A stretch of 63,995 nucleotides of DNA, counting the filler, from Catajapyx aquilonaris (lineage: Eukaryota): NCBI GenBank assembly GCA_000934665.2. It is 4 parts of 4 records of this genome, joined end to end, with 100 filler letters (N's around TTAATTAATTAA, not from the genome) between each part and the next. Parts side by side here need not be neighbours in the genome. Positions count along the whole stretch, not along the records: positions 1 to 15,935 come from JYFJ02007346.1; 3 more parts are not named here. One strand, 5' to 3'. Made by a program: the position numbers and the translations under genes. The notes under the pieces were generated by a model. It searched no databases and was not told where the DNA came from. It was given only the letters and a program-made list of their open reading frames with translations. Shown here one piece after another: positions 1 through 12,744 of the stretch; positions within the stretch are counted from its first letter, which is position 1, and the number at the start of each line of letters is the position of its first letter.

Positions 1-2
1 CT

Positions 3-722
3 ACTCTCCATGCTTACATTCGATTTTTTGAATGGTTAATTCATGTGTCTTTCAGACTTGAGAGTAAGTCATGGTACAAAACTAAGGAGTGCAAAGCACA
101 AATCGAGGCTAGGGAAAAGGACATCCAGAATAAGTTTAGGTCTGAAATGGGCTTGTTAGTAGGAGTCGTCCTTCAGGGAAAGGGTACAACAAACGATGGA
201 AATACAGCCCGCCGTTTTTTTGAGAATCCGACTTTGTCTGCCCAAATCACTGGGATTAGTGAGGACCTTATTATAAGGTGTTCCACGATTCTGAAGGTAC
301 TCTCATGTGGGTTTTCTGTAAGTGCAACTGCCNCCTTCAACAAGTATGCATTAGACACAGCACGCATATACGTCTGTGAGTACCATTGGTACCCTATGCC
401 CACCTCCGTACACAAGGTGCTCATACATGGGTCCACTGTCATTGCTGCTGCCTTGCTCCCAATTGGAATGCTTAGTGAAGAGGCACAGGAGGCGAGGAAC
501 AAGGATTTTAGAAGGTTCAGGGAGAAGCGGAGCCGCAAAACATCACGGGTAGCAACCAATGAGGATTTGTTGCATATATTTCTTACATCCTCGGATCCAG
601 TCATTTCCTCATTGAGGCCGCTCCCACCAAAAAAGGGCGGTGCTTTAAGTACGGAGGTCCTGGCTCTGCTCAAAGAAGTTGACTTGGGACATGTTTCTGA
701 TGACGACAGTGATGTGGAGTGA
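3..722 (+). CDS. Transib DDE transposase, C-terminal part (RAG1-core-related); 5' end lies outside the window
   Basis: Open from window start: TLHAYIRFFEWLIHVSFRL...GTTNDGNTARRFF...WYPMPTSVHKVLIHG...IGMLSEEAQEARNKDFRRFRE..SRKTSR. These match known Transib motifs, including the catalytic E in SEEAQE. Acidic tail at the end. Confidence 0.93.
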   Translation, partial: TLHAYIRFFEWLIHVSFRLESKSWYKTKECKAQIEAREKDIQNKFRSEMGLLVGVVLQGKGTTNDGNTARRFFENPTLSAQITGISEDLIIRCSTILKVLSCGFSVSATAXFNKYALDTARIYVCEYHWYPMPTSVHKVLIHGSTVIAAALLPIGMLSEEAQEARNKDFRRFREKRSRKTSRVATNEDLLHIFLTSSDPVISSLRPLPPKKGGALSTEVLALLKEVDLGHVSDDDSDVE

Positions 723-763
723 GAAAATGTACTGTAGGCTAGGCTACTTGGTTTATTTTTGCG

Positions 764-851
764 TCCTAAAATACCACGTGACCGATTTTAGGCCACTCTT
801 TGACCCCCCCCCCCCTTCCCCCCAAAACTGTCACGTGGTATTTGCACGACC
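764..851. mobile_element. Truncated PIF/Harbinger-like MITE (same family as 45107-45424)
   Basis: aaataccacgtgaccgattttaggccact...cacgtggtatttgcacgacc is shared with the element at 45107-45424, which lies in a different segment. Confidence 0.6.
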
Positions 852-990
852 ACATATGATGATTGTGTGATGTGTAATATTTTGATTTGACTGCATAGTT
901 ACTATGGAAACAGTAAATGTGTGAAAAGAAACATTTCGAATAATTTCCGCGATCATGAAAACCCCGTAATTCTGATTTTTGTCCAGATCT

Positions 991-1040
991 AAGGCGTTTT
1001 TGAGGTTTTGTCCACCTTTTTGCGGCTGGGCCCCACTGTG
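991..1040 (-). mobile_element. Right terminal inverted repeat of the Transib element
   Basis: Reverse complement reads CACAGTG GGGCCCAGCCGCAAAAAGGTGG ACAAAACC. The CACAGTG terminus is typical of Transib; it lies ~320 bp past the transposase stop and is followed by GC-rich GGCGT (possible 5-bp TSD). Confidence 0.8.
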
Positions 1041-1362
1041 GGCGTTATCATTTTGATGCTGGCTGCGCTGATGCTTCCAATCCTTCCATCATATAAATGT
1101 GTCGCTTGAAAATGATGATGAAACATTTCAATGAAGTGGAATATGCAAATATTATATTGCAACAATAATTGCAGAAATGCAAGCACGAAGCAAAGTAGGG
1201 AGGGGTAGAGGGGAAAAGAAAGAAAAAAAGGCCGGCATTAAGGCGGCTCCACACGGGCAGTTGCAGCCGCAGTTGGAGTCGTCCCAAGGTCCCGCCAATC
1301 AGCGAGAAGTCGGGTTTCACACGGGTGTTCCACTTACGGAGTTGCCGCTGGCCACAGGCAGG

Positions 1363-1588
1363 TAAGTCGGCCGACATTTGCTGACCTTCACACGACATCG
1401 GCCCGACATTGGTTCCTACGTTGGGCCGACTTTTTGTGCTACTTGGGGAGTTTGAATGGCAATAGATCTGCTGCCAATATCGGCCGAATATTGGCTTCAG
1501 ACTGGCTAGATAGGCCAATATTGCCCAAGATTCAAGATATTGGGCCAACATTCGTCCAATATTGGCCCAACTTTTTGTGCAACCTGGG
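1363..1588. mobile_element. CMC/EnSpm-like MITE remnants
   Basis: Two same-orientation ends, tttttgtgctacttggg (~1448) and tttttgtgcaacctggg (~1588), i.e. CCCAG/CCCAA-type termini, with repeated aatatt/ggccaa motifs. Confidence 0.45.
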
Positions 1589-2745
1589 ATGGCAGGCCTA
1601 CTTTCCTCAATAGAGAATTTGCTTGATTTATTGCTGCTTGAACGCTGGTACGTATGAGTAGGAGATTGACCTCTTCACAACTGTTGGACTTTACTTCTTG
1701 CCCAGAATCCGAGTTTGACACAGTGCATGACTTTCTAATGCTGCTCATATTTTTCCTTTTCTTGGGCACACGAAACTTTTTCTTTGGATTCAACTTCCTG
1801 CTATCTTCAACTGAATGTCTAATCGGTGAACCCGATGCAGTAGTTCTAAGATGCTGAAGTTTATTACTGTAGAAAAAAGTACCTGACATACTTCGCATCG
1901 CTCTGAATAAAGATTCACATTGCTGAGAACCCTGGCATCATTGACGTCCCCAAGAATGTACGGCTTCCTTTTCCATTTCCCCAAAAAGTGACGAGCAATC
2001 GGGCATAAAGGCGACTGCCCCGCCCTCTGCTCACGGGTAGTCCAACTATGAGGTTCGGGTTCTGGCCGCATGAGGCGTCGGGCGCTGCTTCCCTCTCTAC
2101 AGCCTCGCTGGTGACGACGGAGTTCGGGTGGGGGCTGCTGTGACTCGGACCAGGGGCTGCCCCGGGGCCAACTCCGGGCTAGGAAGGTGAGCGAAGGCTT
2201 CAGCGGTTGGGGGGCGGCCCGTGGAGGCCATCTATTCACCAACATTCTTCAAGGGGGGAGGGAGAACCGGCGGCCCACTTTTGCCCCCCTGGAATGTTCC
2301 TTTTTTCAGGTAAATTCAGGCAGGTTTTTGGTTGGAATTTTTGTTTCACCACAAGTGCAAGGTAAAAGGCAAGTAAGTGCAGCGCTGCACCGAGCGTACC
2401 ATATCTCGTTGCTGATGCGAATCATGCTGCGCAAACTGCACACGTTGCGTTCGTAAAAATTAATGTGTACATTGCAAGACCGTACTGCGAGCACGATTCC
2501 ATGCCCCAACCAGCTCTGGAATGGAGCTCCCAGCAGCTGTGCGATCTCATGCCCACGATGCGACAGGGGTGCGTGGTCGCCGATGCCGTCGCAATCGCCG
2601 ATATGTGAATCCACCGTTATGCTTGCGACTGTGCACATGATGATGCTTGTTGATTGTATAACAGATGCAGGCAGTCCCAGACTTTGTGGATAGTTCCATA
2701 AGATCATGTTGAGTCGAGTTTTGTGTTTTAAAAATGACATAGTAA

Positions 2746-2972
2746 AGGCCTCTTCACAAACTTGGCGTTGCGAAAGCGGGGGGTGTGGGCCTTCCTCTGG
2801 GTCCACCCGATTGGACGCCAGCGCAAAGCCCGTGGTCGGTCATCTCACACGGCACTTGTGAATAGCCCTTCGAAAATTTCCCGCACTCCGCACACCCCAC
2901 TCATGCAAATCCGAGTGCGTAAAACGGGCATTTTGCCCCACTTTCGCAATGCGGAGTTTGTAAAGCGGCCAT
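2746..2972. mobile_element. Harbinger-like MITE
   Basis: Imperfect ~33-bp TIRs aggcctcttcacaaacttggcgttgcgaaag / ctttcgcaatgcggagtttgtaaagcggcca, with taa/tta flanks. Confidence 0.55.
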
Positions 2973-5900
2973 TAGCTGTACTCAGATATGTTTTTTAGCA
3001 ATTGACTGCATTGTTACATTACAAGTTCTATAAATCTTGGGAATATTTTGCTCATGTCAAAAAAGGATGTCTTCCAGGATAAAGTTTGCTATGGCTCGCA
3101 ATAATTTTTATTGTAAGTCGTTCCTAATAATAGCAGATAAAAAATGTAACTCTGTTATATTTGTTCACTGAGTAGTGGAGAATTTGCGCAAATATTTCCA
3201 TTTGAAAGGGCCACATGAAATGGCCAGTTCAAGGAACCGTCCAGAATTTTTAGTTGAACATTTTATGACATTGGTAGATGACGGGCAATTTTTGTGGTCA
3301 CATATTGTGACCAAGAGTAGTATGCAGTCGGGGAAAGTTGCAGAACCAGATCCCTACATGCAAATTTTTACTAATCTGGGGAATTAGTGCTTAAATTTCG
3401 TCATGTACAAAAACACGCCTTGGGAGTGATGGTTGAAATCTAATGCCTGAATTGTTTACAGGTTACCGCAACTAGTTCCACATGCCACGAGGTGCTTGGG
3501 GCAAGCAGTACTTCCTGACGCTTCTGCAAAGTGACCTTCAGCTGCGGAGGATGATTGTTACAACCCAACACACTTCTGATGAAACAAGAGTGTGTGATCA
3601 GGTAAATAATCCAGATGAATAATGTTTTTTATTTTCAGTATTATGAGCTTCTGAGTACTTGAATGGGGAATTTTAGTATAATTTTTTGTCACTTGCTGAC
3701 TTTTGGGTCATTGGATGATGATAATTGCATCTGATATGAGTTGCTGTGATGTGATGGTGATAGATTGATTCAATCATAATGGTTGCTGGATACCAACCAA
3801 CGAGATAGGATAGGGTAGAGGCAGTAAAGGTCACGTGATCTTTGGCGGCCATGCCACTTCACCGAACGATGACGCTAACCGAGGGGAGGGGGCGGGGCTA
3901 CGAGATCGGTGGAAAGGTTCTCGTTCGTATCGTATGCTTCGGCAACATCGCCTAGACCAAGTCCTTTTGAGCCGAGGGGCCCCGATTTGGGATAATACGA
4001 ACGAGGAATCGGCTAAGGACCAATCACCGGGGGGATGATGCGCGCGCCACTAGTGGGGGTTTGGGAGTATGTTACACTCCGCTCAAATTTCAAACGAGGC
4101 CTCCATCTGTAAAGGTCACCCCGCAGCCCTTTCGATATTTAATTATCCCGTTAATTAACCCGCGGTTATTTAAGACGAATACGCACATCCCCGGAATCGT
4201 CGGAACCTCCCCTCGGCGACGAGGGCACTGTCACACCTGGGAGACCCCGGGTTTGGCCGTGATGAATTTTTTGAGGCAACCCTGCACGAGGCAAGCACGT
4301 TGTCCGGCAGCCTTTCAACCGCGCTCGGCGGGTTGGGAGCAACCGAGCAGAAAGTGCCGAGTCCGTTAACCGAGGGGCCGGAAAATACCACGAAAATGCA
4401 GAGAAAGGAGCAACCGAGTAAGCAGGTAGGGGGTGCGGCCTAACCCGCCGGCCCTCCAATCCCGGGATAGAGCGCAGATCAGTTCACGTCATTTTGACGT
4501 CACGCTCGGTTAACCGAGCCGCTCGGTTGCACGAAAATAAGCCTCCAGGGTGCCAACAGTTGCGCGCGGTGAATGGCAACCACGGACAACCACAGTCAAC
4601 CAATGTCAACAAGAGGCCTCCACGCACGCAGAAACGGCGTTCTAATGCACGCACAAGTCGGACTTTGACGTCGTAGTTTCAAGTCGATATGAGTTCAGAC
4701 CTTTAAGAGTTTCAAACTGTCTTCCACTGTTGCCATATTGCAAGGTTGCGTTATGAGCACTGGATTTTACAAAATGTGGCATGAATTTAGGCTGAAAAAA
4801 TATTTTCTTGCGATATTGATTTTGTGGTGCACTGAACCATATTTTTTATTGGGAATTTCTCAATGTTAAATGAAAAAGTGACCGTCAGTTTTTAAATGTC
4901 TTTTCTCTGAGCAGTGAAAACCTGTGCTTGAATGCTACTACTGTGCACTTATTTTGCATTTGAAGCCACAAATGGTGCTACGAACTTATCATGATTTTAA
5001 TTTTTATGACAATAGTAGATGACCAGTTTTTAAGGGGTACATGCGGTATTTAATAAAGTCAATGTTGATTGTACCCTATGGCAGCATCTCGACTGGAGTA
5101 TGACAACGAGGAATTGTTGCATTTTAAATTTTATTATAATTATCTTGTTAGTGGACAAGAATTACGAGATGAGATAATGGACCCAATTCAAATGCACCAA
5201 AATTTTATATCTCAATTTTCAAGCCCAGGTATGCAAAGACTGAGTCACTTTATCATCTAATATTGTTAGAAACCATTTCTGATAATAATTGGGTTGCTTT
5301 GGTGTTATCAAGTATTTTGCATATGACAAGAAAGCTTGTAAATAATGGCTGTTGGCTTTAACGTCCCATTCTTGGCATGAATCCACCAAATCATTCCAAG
5401 TCAGGCAACATTTCCTCCCCAAAATATTCTCAGTGATATTTAGTCTAATAATTTTCAAGTCAGTTATTGCATAGTTATGGGAGGCAGGCCAGACACAGCC
5501 TCCAGGGTTGTTGTTGGATCGTTGTCATGTACAATCTGGATGGTGTTTATTGAGAGTGTGCCTAATATGTTTTGATAATAATGAAGCACAGTTATTGCCT
5601 AATTAGATCCCCCAACTGAGAAATGTGGATTTTAATTTTTTGTACAACTTCATTTGCCACAGAAAGGATGAGAGCATTGCAGATTCTTTGTGTCCTTTTT
5701 TTGGCAACATCAGAAAATGCTCAAAATTTTGAGAAGCAATATTTTCTAAAATAAACCATTGTGCTGCCCTGTTTGGACAAAGTAGCAACACATGAAAGGC
5801 CTGATGGAAAGAAAAGCCTAAAATTTATTCACACACATTAAGTCCATTCATATCAATTTTAGATCACAATTTGTAACCCTAAAAGCCTCAAAGATCCTAT

Positions 5901-7829
5901 AATTTCTGCAAAAGAAATTAAATAGAATTTTAAATGAGACTGATTCTTTTTTGTTGGTGTAAGTTTGAGGAAATTAATCTTCAAATCCATATTTCTCAAT
6001 TTCAGGTGTAAAGACTATTTCATGGACGTTGCAGCATTTGTAATGCTCGACAAGAACTTCTCACACTGCTGGTGATGTCGTTTTTTGTCGCTCCTGGCTG
6101 CCTTGAAACTTGTTGCTCTGCTGCTTAGTCGGTGGTGACAACTATGACGTTACGAGTGGCATGAAAAATTCCTGTCACACATTTCAAACACTGCGACGTC
6201 CATTTGTGTGAAATAGGCTTAGTGTGCAAAAACTTATTTTAATTTTTTTATTCTATATTAACTGGAAACAACCTCGTTAAAATTCTCACAGTGATGGGGT
6301 CCTTTACCTAACAGCATTGACAATTGCATTGGGTCGTGAAGTGTGATTAGAACTGCTGGTGTTTAATTGACAGTGTGACTGATATTAATTTTATTTTCAG
6401 AAAGAAAAGTCGGAAAAGTCATCTGACTGTTGCCAAAAAAATGACTGGCAACTGTGAGGAACTTGTTGAAATACTTGGCAACAATTCAACAGATGATTCT
6501 TGGGAACATGACAGCTCGTTCATCGAAGGGGGCTCACTACTTGGCAAGGACGCTTGAAGGGGACAATTGGTTAGAAGCGGATGGAATGATGGCCAATAGC
6601 TATGGAATGAAACATCAGCTCAGATTGGGAGGACATTGGTGATCAGCATCACCTGGCTTATGTGCAGGTAAATTGTCTCACTGTGCAAAAGTTTCTTTTC
6701 GATGAAGATAACTGTAATTATGGCAACACCATTATTTGTCACAATTGGACTAAACCCGTCTCAAATTTTTAAGGCTGCATAGGTATTCTCAACTGCATTA
6801 TCAGATTCCTAAGCCCCTTGGGCGCCAAAGCATCGCGATGTACCACCGATTGGTTCAAAAGCTTTGCCAAGTTTTAGCGGAACTCCTGTGTAAAGCTTAG
6901 ATGATTGCTATTTTCACCATTTTCACAAGCATTTCGAGCAGAACTTACCCCAAAAAATAGTGTTCTCGATGACTCAGCCAACATTTTGAAAGGAGGGGTG
7001 GATTCGGATCCTGGCACCCAGAACCAATTTTGAAAGTGGAGATTTTATGAAATCTAATTCAGTTGTAGGACTTTCACAATTAATGGGTTAGTAAATTGAC
7101 CAATATTTTGCATTAACCATATTTTTTGCAATACCCGTAGGAACTCCCATGGTTTATTCTGTTGTTTATTCTGTCAGTAGCGTTAGATGGCAAGACGTCG
7201 GTGATTGGGGTGGGAAAGATGATTAGTGGTGTACTTACATTTATTGCAATGGAAAATAAATTTAAAATTATTCCCATGTAGCTGCCTCCTGGTATCTTAT
7301 TGCCATATTGTTATAATTTGGCAACAGTAACTTGAATGGACTCTGTAAAATATTAATGTAATGTAACTGACGCATTATGAAAAAGACGACCTCTTTGAGA
7401 GATGCTGTAGTGACATGAATCCCTGTGGGCTGAATGTGTTTAGAAGTGAAACTGCTATGTAATCTACTCTTCAGGAGAAATTTTGTGATTATTTTAGACC
7501 ACGCCTATTCATGTTCAGGTTTTCAGGAGAAATTGGGATTAACGTAACTGACGCAACAAATAGATCAAAGTTGCGTCAGTTACAACTATTATATCTTGAT
7601 TATTCCGTGGTTCTACTGCTACCTGATAGCAGAACGCTGCTATGCCTACTTCATGTGACAAAACGACGTAATGATCTGCTTTCAATAAGCCATCTCCACC
7701 CTACAATAAGCGACTTCATTTTTGGATCATGTTGCCATGGAATTACCCTGCACCGCCCATTGAAGATCACCGGCACAGTACCTTTATTATGCTTTAGATG
7801 TACAAGCTGGTACAAAGTGGTCCTTTTCC

Positions 7830-8077
7830 GTAACGACCTGGTACAGTGAGCAAGGGGGGGAGTGAGTGGGAGGGGATGTGCAATGTGCAGTGCAATGTCT
7901 ATAACGTGGTACATTTTGTGAACTCCCTCGGGTGGTTAGTCTCAGAAATCCCACCCGAGATGAAGCCAGAGACGACCAACTCTGCATGAGATGAAGGGGG
8001 GGAATGCCCGGGGTTGGTATCGAACCCGGGACCCTTACATCCGAGGGAGCGTATGTTACTGCAGCACCACTCTGCCT
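7830..8077 (-). mobile_element. tRNA-derived SINE
   Basis: Minus strand starts GGCAGAGTGGTGCTGCAGTAAC...GTCCCGGGTTCGATACC, giving Pol III A-box-like and B-box motifs, followed by a non-tRNA body. No intact cloverleaf. 3' boundary approximate. Confidence 0.6.
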
Positions 8078-11000
8078 CCTTTGGGATTCCTCCAGTTAAT
8101 TGCACTATAAAAAAAAAAAAAAAAAAACATTAAAGGGTGGCCTTGCAGTGTCCAAAGGGTTAAGCTGTGGTCTGACAGTGATTGCATAATTATGTTTTAT
8201 TGGTCATGTGACACTTGTAAAATGTATTGTATTTGCAACATCTTGTAATTTAACATGACTTCAATCTATGATGAAAGTAACTTCATGAAGGCCATGTGGT
8301 AGACCTTCACCTGGCAAGGTTCAAAAAATTTGGGGGGAAAAATACTGATTTGATAGGATGCCGATGTATGACGAATGGGACAACAGATTTTTAAATTATT
8401 GTTTTTCGGACTTACAATTAAATTGTCTATAGTCCAATTGCCTCTTAGGTGATACTTCACTACATTACATCCCCTTCACTTGAATATTACTGGTTCTTCA
8501 GATTCACCTTAAATAGGATTCCTCTTCAAGAAATGGGTTTAGTGTAATGCTTATTTTGAAACACACCAGCCATTGCATTGAAGTGTTATTGTTCTGTAGC
8601 ATGTGTTAGCTGCTTCTTTGTCAGAAATTCAAGTGTCCAATGTCAGCCAGTAACAGATTTTTCCATTAATTTTGCCACAGAAGTAACATGCCTTGGACGT
8701 CATTTTTGAGGAGAAAAGCCTGTACTGATGATGGAATATTTTGACATTTGGATGCTAGGTGTTGTGTTAGTCATTATTCTAATGTCCTGAATGTGTTATA
8801 TAAATTGAAAATTAATACGACACTTTCCTTTTTTGCAGATTGGAAAGGGCACATCTATAGAGCATCACATCTGGGTTTTATATCATGTGCTTTACCTGTT
8901 GACAATGATTCGGCAAGTAGAAGGTGTTCCAGACGGAATCCTGGAGATTTTGCTGCCCTCCTTCGTCCTCTGCAGGGCAACGGTGTTGCGGTCTGGTGGT
9001 GCCAACAACTCAGCAGTGAGATGGCACTCCTGCCTCTCGCCCGTCCTTTGTGGCTGGAGGTCTCCAGGGACACCGCTGAAGTCAACAACCCAGAATAGCC
9101 TGACCATTTGGCACTCTCTTGTATTCCCCCTCTTCTTCCCCCCATTTCTACGAGTAGCTGACCAGACTTTTAAAATAATGGTTATGTGAGGGTAGCGAGG
9201 ACCTCGTTATCCACTGGCAAACCCAGTCTTTTGGGAAAAGCTGGGGAAGATGATGATGAATGATGATGACGTTACATAACCAACCTTGCCTAGTGAATCA
9301 CATGCGACTTTATGGACGAAGCCAAAGTTCCTGCGCTTGACTCGTATGGAAGGACCTGATGGCCGGCATGAAGAGGAGGCCTGTGGGAAAGAGGGAAGGG
9401 AAGGGCATCAATCCCCCAACCATCAAGAGATCCCTTGCGGGGTACTGGCGGGGACAACGTGAGGGTGGCAGTTGGGAAGAAGACCCATGGGCCTGGTTGC
9501 CGCCATCATCTGTGATGACTAGACATCCTCATTCCTGCCTGAGTGATTGAACAAATTGCTCAAAGAACGAGTCACATGGGAAATTCGCATGGGCTGGTTG
9601 GTCATGTTTCCTCTGCATCTGTATCAATTTATGTCTGCATCTTGGAGGTTCTAAGGTTCAGAGGTCCTGGGCATGTAGGAAGCACCAGTTTACCCTGCAA
9701 GAATCTGAAAAAACCGTCACAGCAGTTACCAGCCATTATTCTCCACTCTGAAGTCACCACTCCACTCCCCTCCCTTTGAAATGAATGTGCATTCCCACAA
9801 AGTATGGATACATGCCTTCTTTTCAATTGCATCTTTTTCCGCCGACGCAACCAGTTTCCTCTCGATCGAAGAGGCACCAATATTTTTACCCCCCGTTGGG
9901 CCCCTTTTTGTCATGTACTTGTACAGGAAGGGGCTTCTCATTTTGTACCTTTTCTGCTCCTTGAAGCCACAGTCTCAGGCATGGGCCATCAGGCATGACT
10001 ATTTCAAGCATGTAACCCCGGGCTACAGGGCTGAAACCTCTTTGGCTGCAACACTGTCCAAAAAAAGCTTGCACGAGGTAATTTGACAGCTTTCCCAAGC
10101 GGCTACATGTTAGGGTCACTTTTGGATGAACACTCCCGTCTTACTAGATCTGTTGCGTCCAGTCCACTAACAAGAAGTGTTTGGTATGACTTTGGTTTGC
10201 ACATGACTGTACTCCTTGTCCCACTTGAGCTGGGTAAGATGTCCTTAGATGACAGAATGCCTGAGCTCCACTTTCCACACTGCAAATACTGGTGATTCCA
10301 AACCATAGTTTTTGCAATATTGTAAAAACGGCATGTGACTTCACTTGGAAGGCAAGCTGTGCTTCATATCTCATGCGCCATTTTTGTCTTAGGACCAAAG
10401 TCAGCCAGGTGGTGGAAAAATTCACGTTACCTGTGAGTACCATAACCAGATTCAGCACCATGGTTATGGAATCTTCGACAATCACACCATGTTTCTGGGA
10501 GACCGTATGTACGCAGAGCAACAAATTTTACGGAATGGAATATCATACACAATGAAATCTGCTTCAATAAATTTTTCCCATCCATATCATATATACCAGT
10601 TGGGTGAGATCGTGTGGTACAGATTTAAACTCATGGGAAACCTTCTTATAACGACCAGTGATAATTAGAATATTAAAATGTGCTCCCATTTCATCGGATG
10701 ATCATTGTTGCTCAGAAAAACATGCATGCCACACATTTTGAAGTTCCTCAATGGAATGATGTGTAATACATATCGATTGTTGAGCCTGAAAATAAGGAAA
10801 ATGTTGAGTAATAATTCAATTTTATTGTCATTCAGAGGGTACAGAGTATGAGCACATCCAAATTGATGATTCAAGTAGGATGCCAATGCAGATTCAAAAT
10901 GTGTACCCTTTCTTGATGAGAGCTGCCTGTCATATTTTCAATGCCATTATCATATGTGGAACAAAACCGTAATAATGCCAATCCTCCACACAGCCCGATT

Positions 11001-11187
11001 TCGCCCTAATTATGGTCGGGGTATTCCCGGATATGCACAAAAAGGAGTGCACTTGAACAGTTTTACATACGCGTACCAGCCATTGCCATACATCTTAGTG
11101 GGTGGGCTTCCCTTGATTCCTTTTGTCGCTTTCGGAGAAATGTGTGAAATAATTAAGGACAACATGTAAGCATTGTCAATAGAAGAG

Positions 11188-12230
11188 TTAGGGTCGCATG
11201 AGTTTGCTTAAAAATAAGGACACACTAGTCAGTTGGGTCATCATAAATTGCCTATCCTCAGCAGTGAGTCCAATGTACTGGTTGTCCGAGAGCCTCGTCG
11301 GAAATTCCGGAACGTCATTTTTCCACTGTTCGTGTTTGTCGCTCACTTCTTCTAGATAATAGGTGCAATCGGTCAAAGTGTACCAATAGACTGATCTCGG
11401 AAGAGGGTGATCCAGATAGGCACCAAATTCAAACCCATAGAATATCTACTTGATTTCATGGGACAAAAGCGATATGAAGTTGATAGTCCAGTCACCACTC
11501 ATCAATTTGAGTGTCAAATAGGTGTTCGATGTATACTTAAAATACGTTGAATTGGTCATGAACTCATTTGGGCCAGATAGTGAGTTCCAATGTAGGGCTT
11601 GATCCCTATGTTGCAAGGATCCACTTGCAGAGGGCCAGGTGGATTTCTCAAAAGTTGAAAAGGGTAACCCACTTATTGCTTCAATGCTCCTCTGTACTAG
11701 AGTTGTGAACTCTGGTCCCAGATTTCTCATCATTCCATATAACTTCAATAGTTTCAAAACCCTTCGCCGACCAGCGCTGTGTCCCTCAAGTTGCAGGGCA
11801 GGAGGCAGGACCTTGTGCTGTGTACGTTTCCCCAGGAATATTTTGTGTGGTCCAGGGATCTTGTATGAGTCTACTCCTGCCGGAACTGGGTCATCACGGG
11901 GAGTTCTGAGTAAATCCACCATCCTTGTTTGATCAACGACGCAGGGGTAGGTAATCCCAAAGAGGGTGCGACCCCAGCACCATCTTCGTAATTCATCAGA
12001 GACATGGGTAGGACAGACGTTCTTCAGTGTCCTGAGGATGTTCCAGGAAGCACCATGTTCTAATGAGTTCCAGTTACTGCATCTCCTAATTCTATCAACA
12101 TCTGACTTCAATGCACTAATTAGAAGTCTCGAAACACTATATGTTCGTCTCCCCATATACAGCGCATCTAATATTGTCCCCGAGTTCTGAAATTTCCTGG
12201 ACACCTCAGTAACTCCTCCAAATACTTAAA
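11188..12230 (-). pseudogene. Endogenous viral element: L protein (PRNTase/capping region) of a Jingchuvirales/chuvirus-like negative-strand RNA virus
   Basis: RKFQNSGTI, CPTHVSDELRRWCWGRTLFGITYP..DQ, GPHKIFLGKRT (GxxT motif), SGSLQHR (HR motif), WTINF. After one in-frame TAG (11446-11448) the frame continues YWYTLTDCTY. Motif order and spacing fit mononega/chuvirus L. Intronless. Confidence 0.85.
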
Positions 12231-12744
12231 ATTAGTAACAAAGTATACACATGGCTAATTGCAATTGGCAATATACAAGATCACAGTACATATTAGCCTA
12301 AAATCCTTATAAACTATAACATATTTACATACTTCCAAAATGGATACCATCATTATAATTGAAGGGGTCAGTGCCATAACGTGCTAAGCCACAAAACCTT
12401 CATTCTGAGATATGGACATTCAATCAGATAAAACAAGGAACATGCAAAAAGGGTACATTTTCTGATAGCCTACATCTTCTGCAATACCTCTGCAAATTGA
12501 CAGTCCAGTTTCTGTAAGACAAGAAGGTTGAGGGACACATTTTGATAGGCAAAGCAGCTGCTTGTGGCATAGCATTATGTGGCTCTGAAATTATTTTCAC
12601 AGTGGATATGGCTTGACATTACAATAATGATGCACATTGTGACTCTGCACTCTCAGCTACTATTTTTTATTACTGCATTATACATTTTCACAGTCTGGAA
12701 CATTGACATTACCATCACTAGTCAGCCGCAGGAAAAATTCCTGG

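Larger units (their letters stand above)
1175..9180 (+). ncRNA. Putative spliced non-coding transcript (candidate exons 1175-1361, 3462-3601, 6006-?, 6401-6667, 8839-?); boundaries uncertain
   Basis: Series of plus-strand acceptors (tgcag, tttacag, tttcag, attttcag, ttttgcag) and donors (CAG|gtaagt, CAG|gtaaat twice) around more GC-rich blocks. Exon 3462-3601 has stops in all three frames. Confidence 0.3.

Noticed and set aside
723..1040. RAG2-like partner gene making this a ProtoRAG
   Set aside because: Only ~320 bp separate the transposase stop from the TIR, leaving no room; the motifs are Transib-type.
1790..2245. YILGD..DARV resembling a Harbinger DDE nuclease
   Set aside because: The motif order is reversed relative to Harbinger (HDARV precedes GDxxY) and no other motifs are present.
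8015..8077. tRNA gene
   Set aside because: Only A/B-box-like remnants, no full cloverleaf, and it runs into a SINE-like body.
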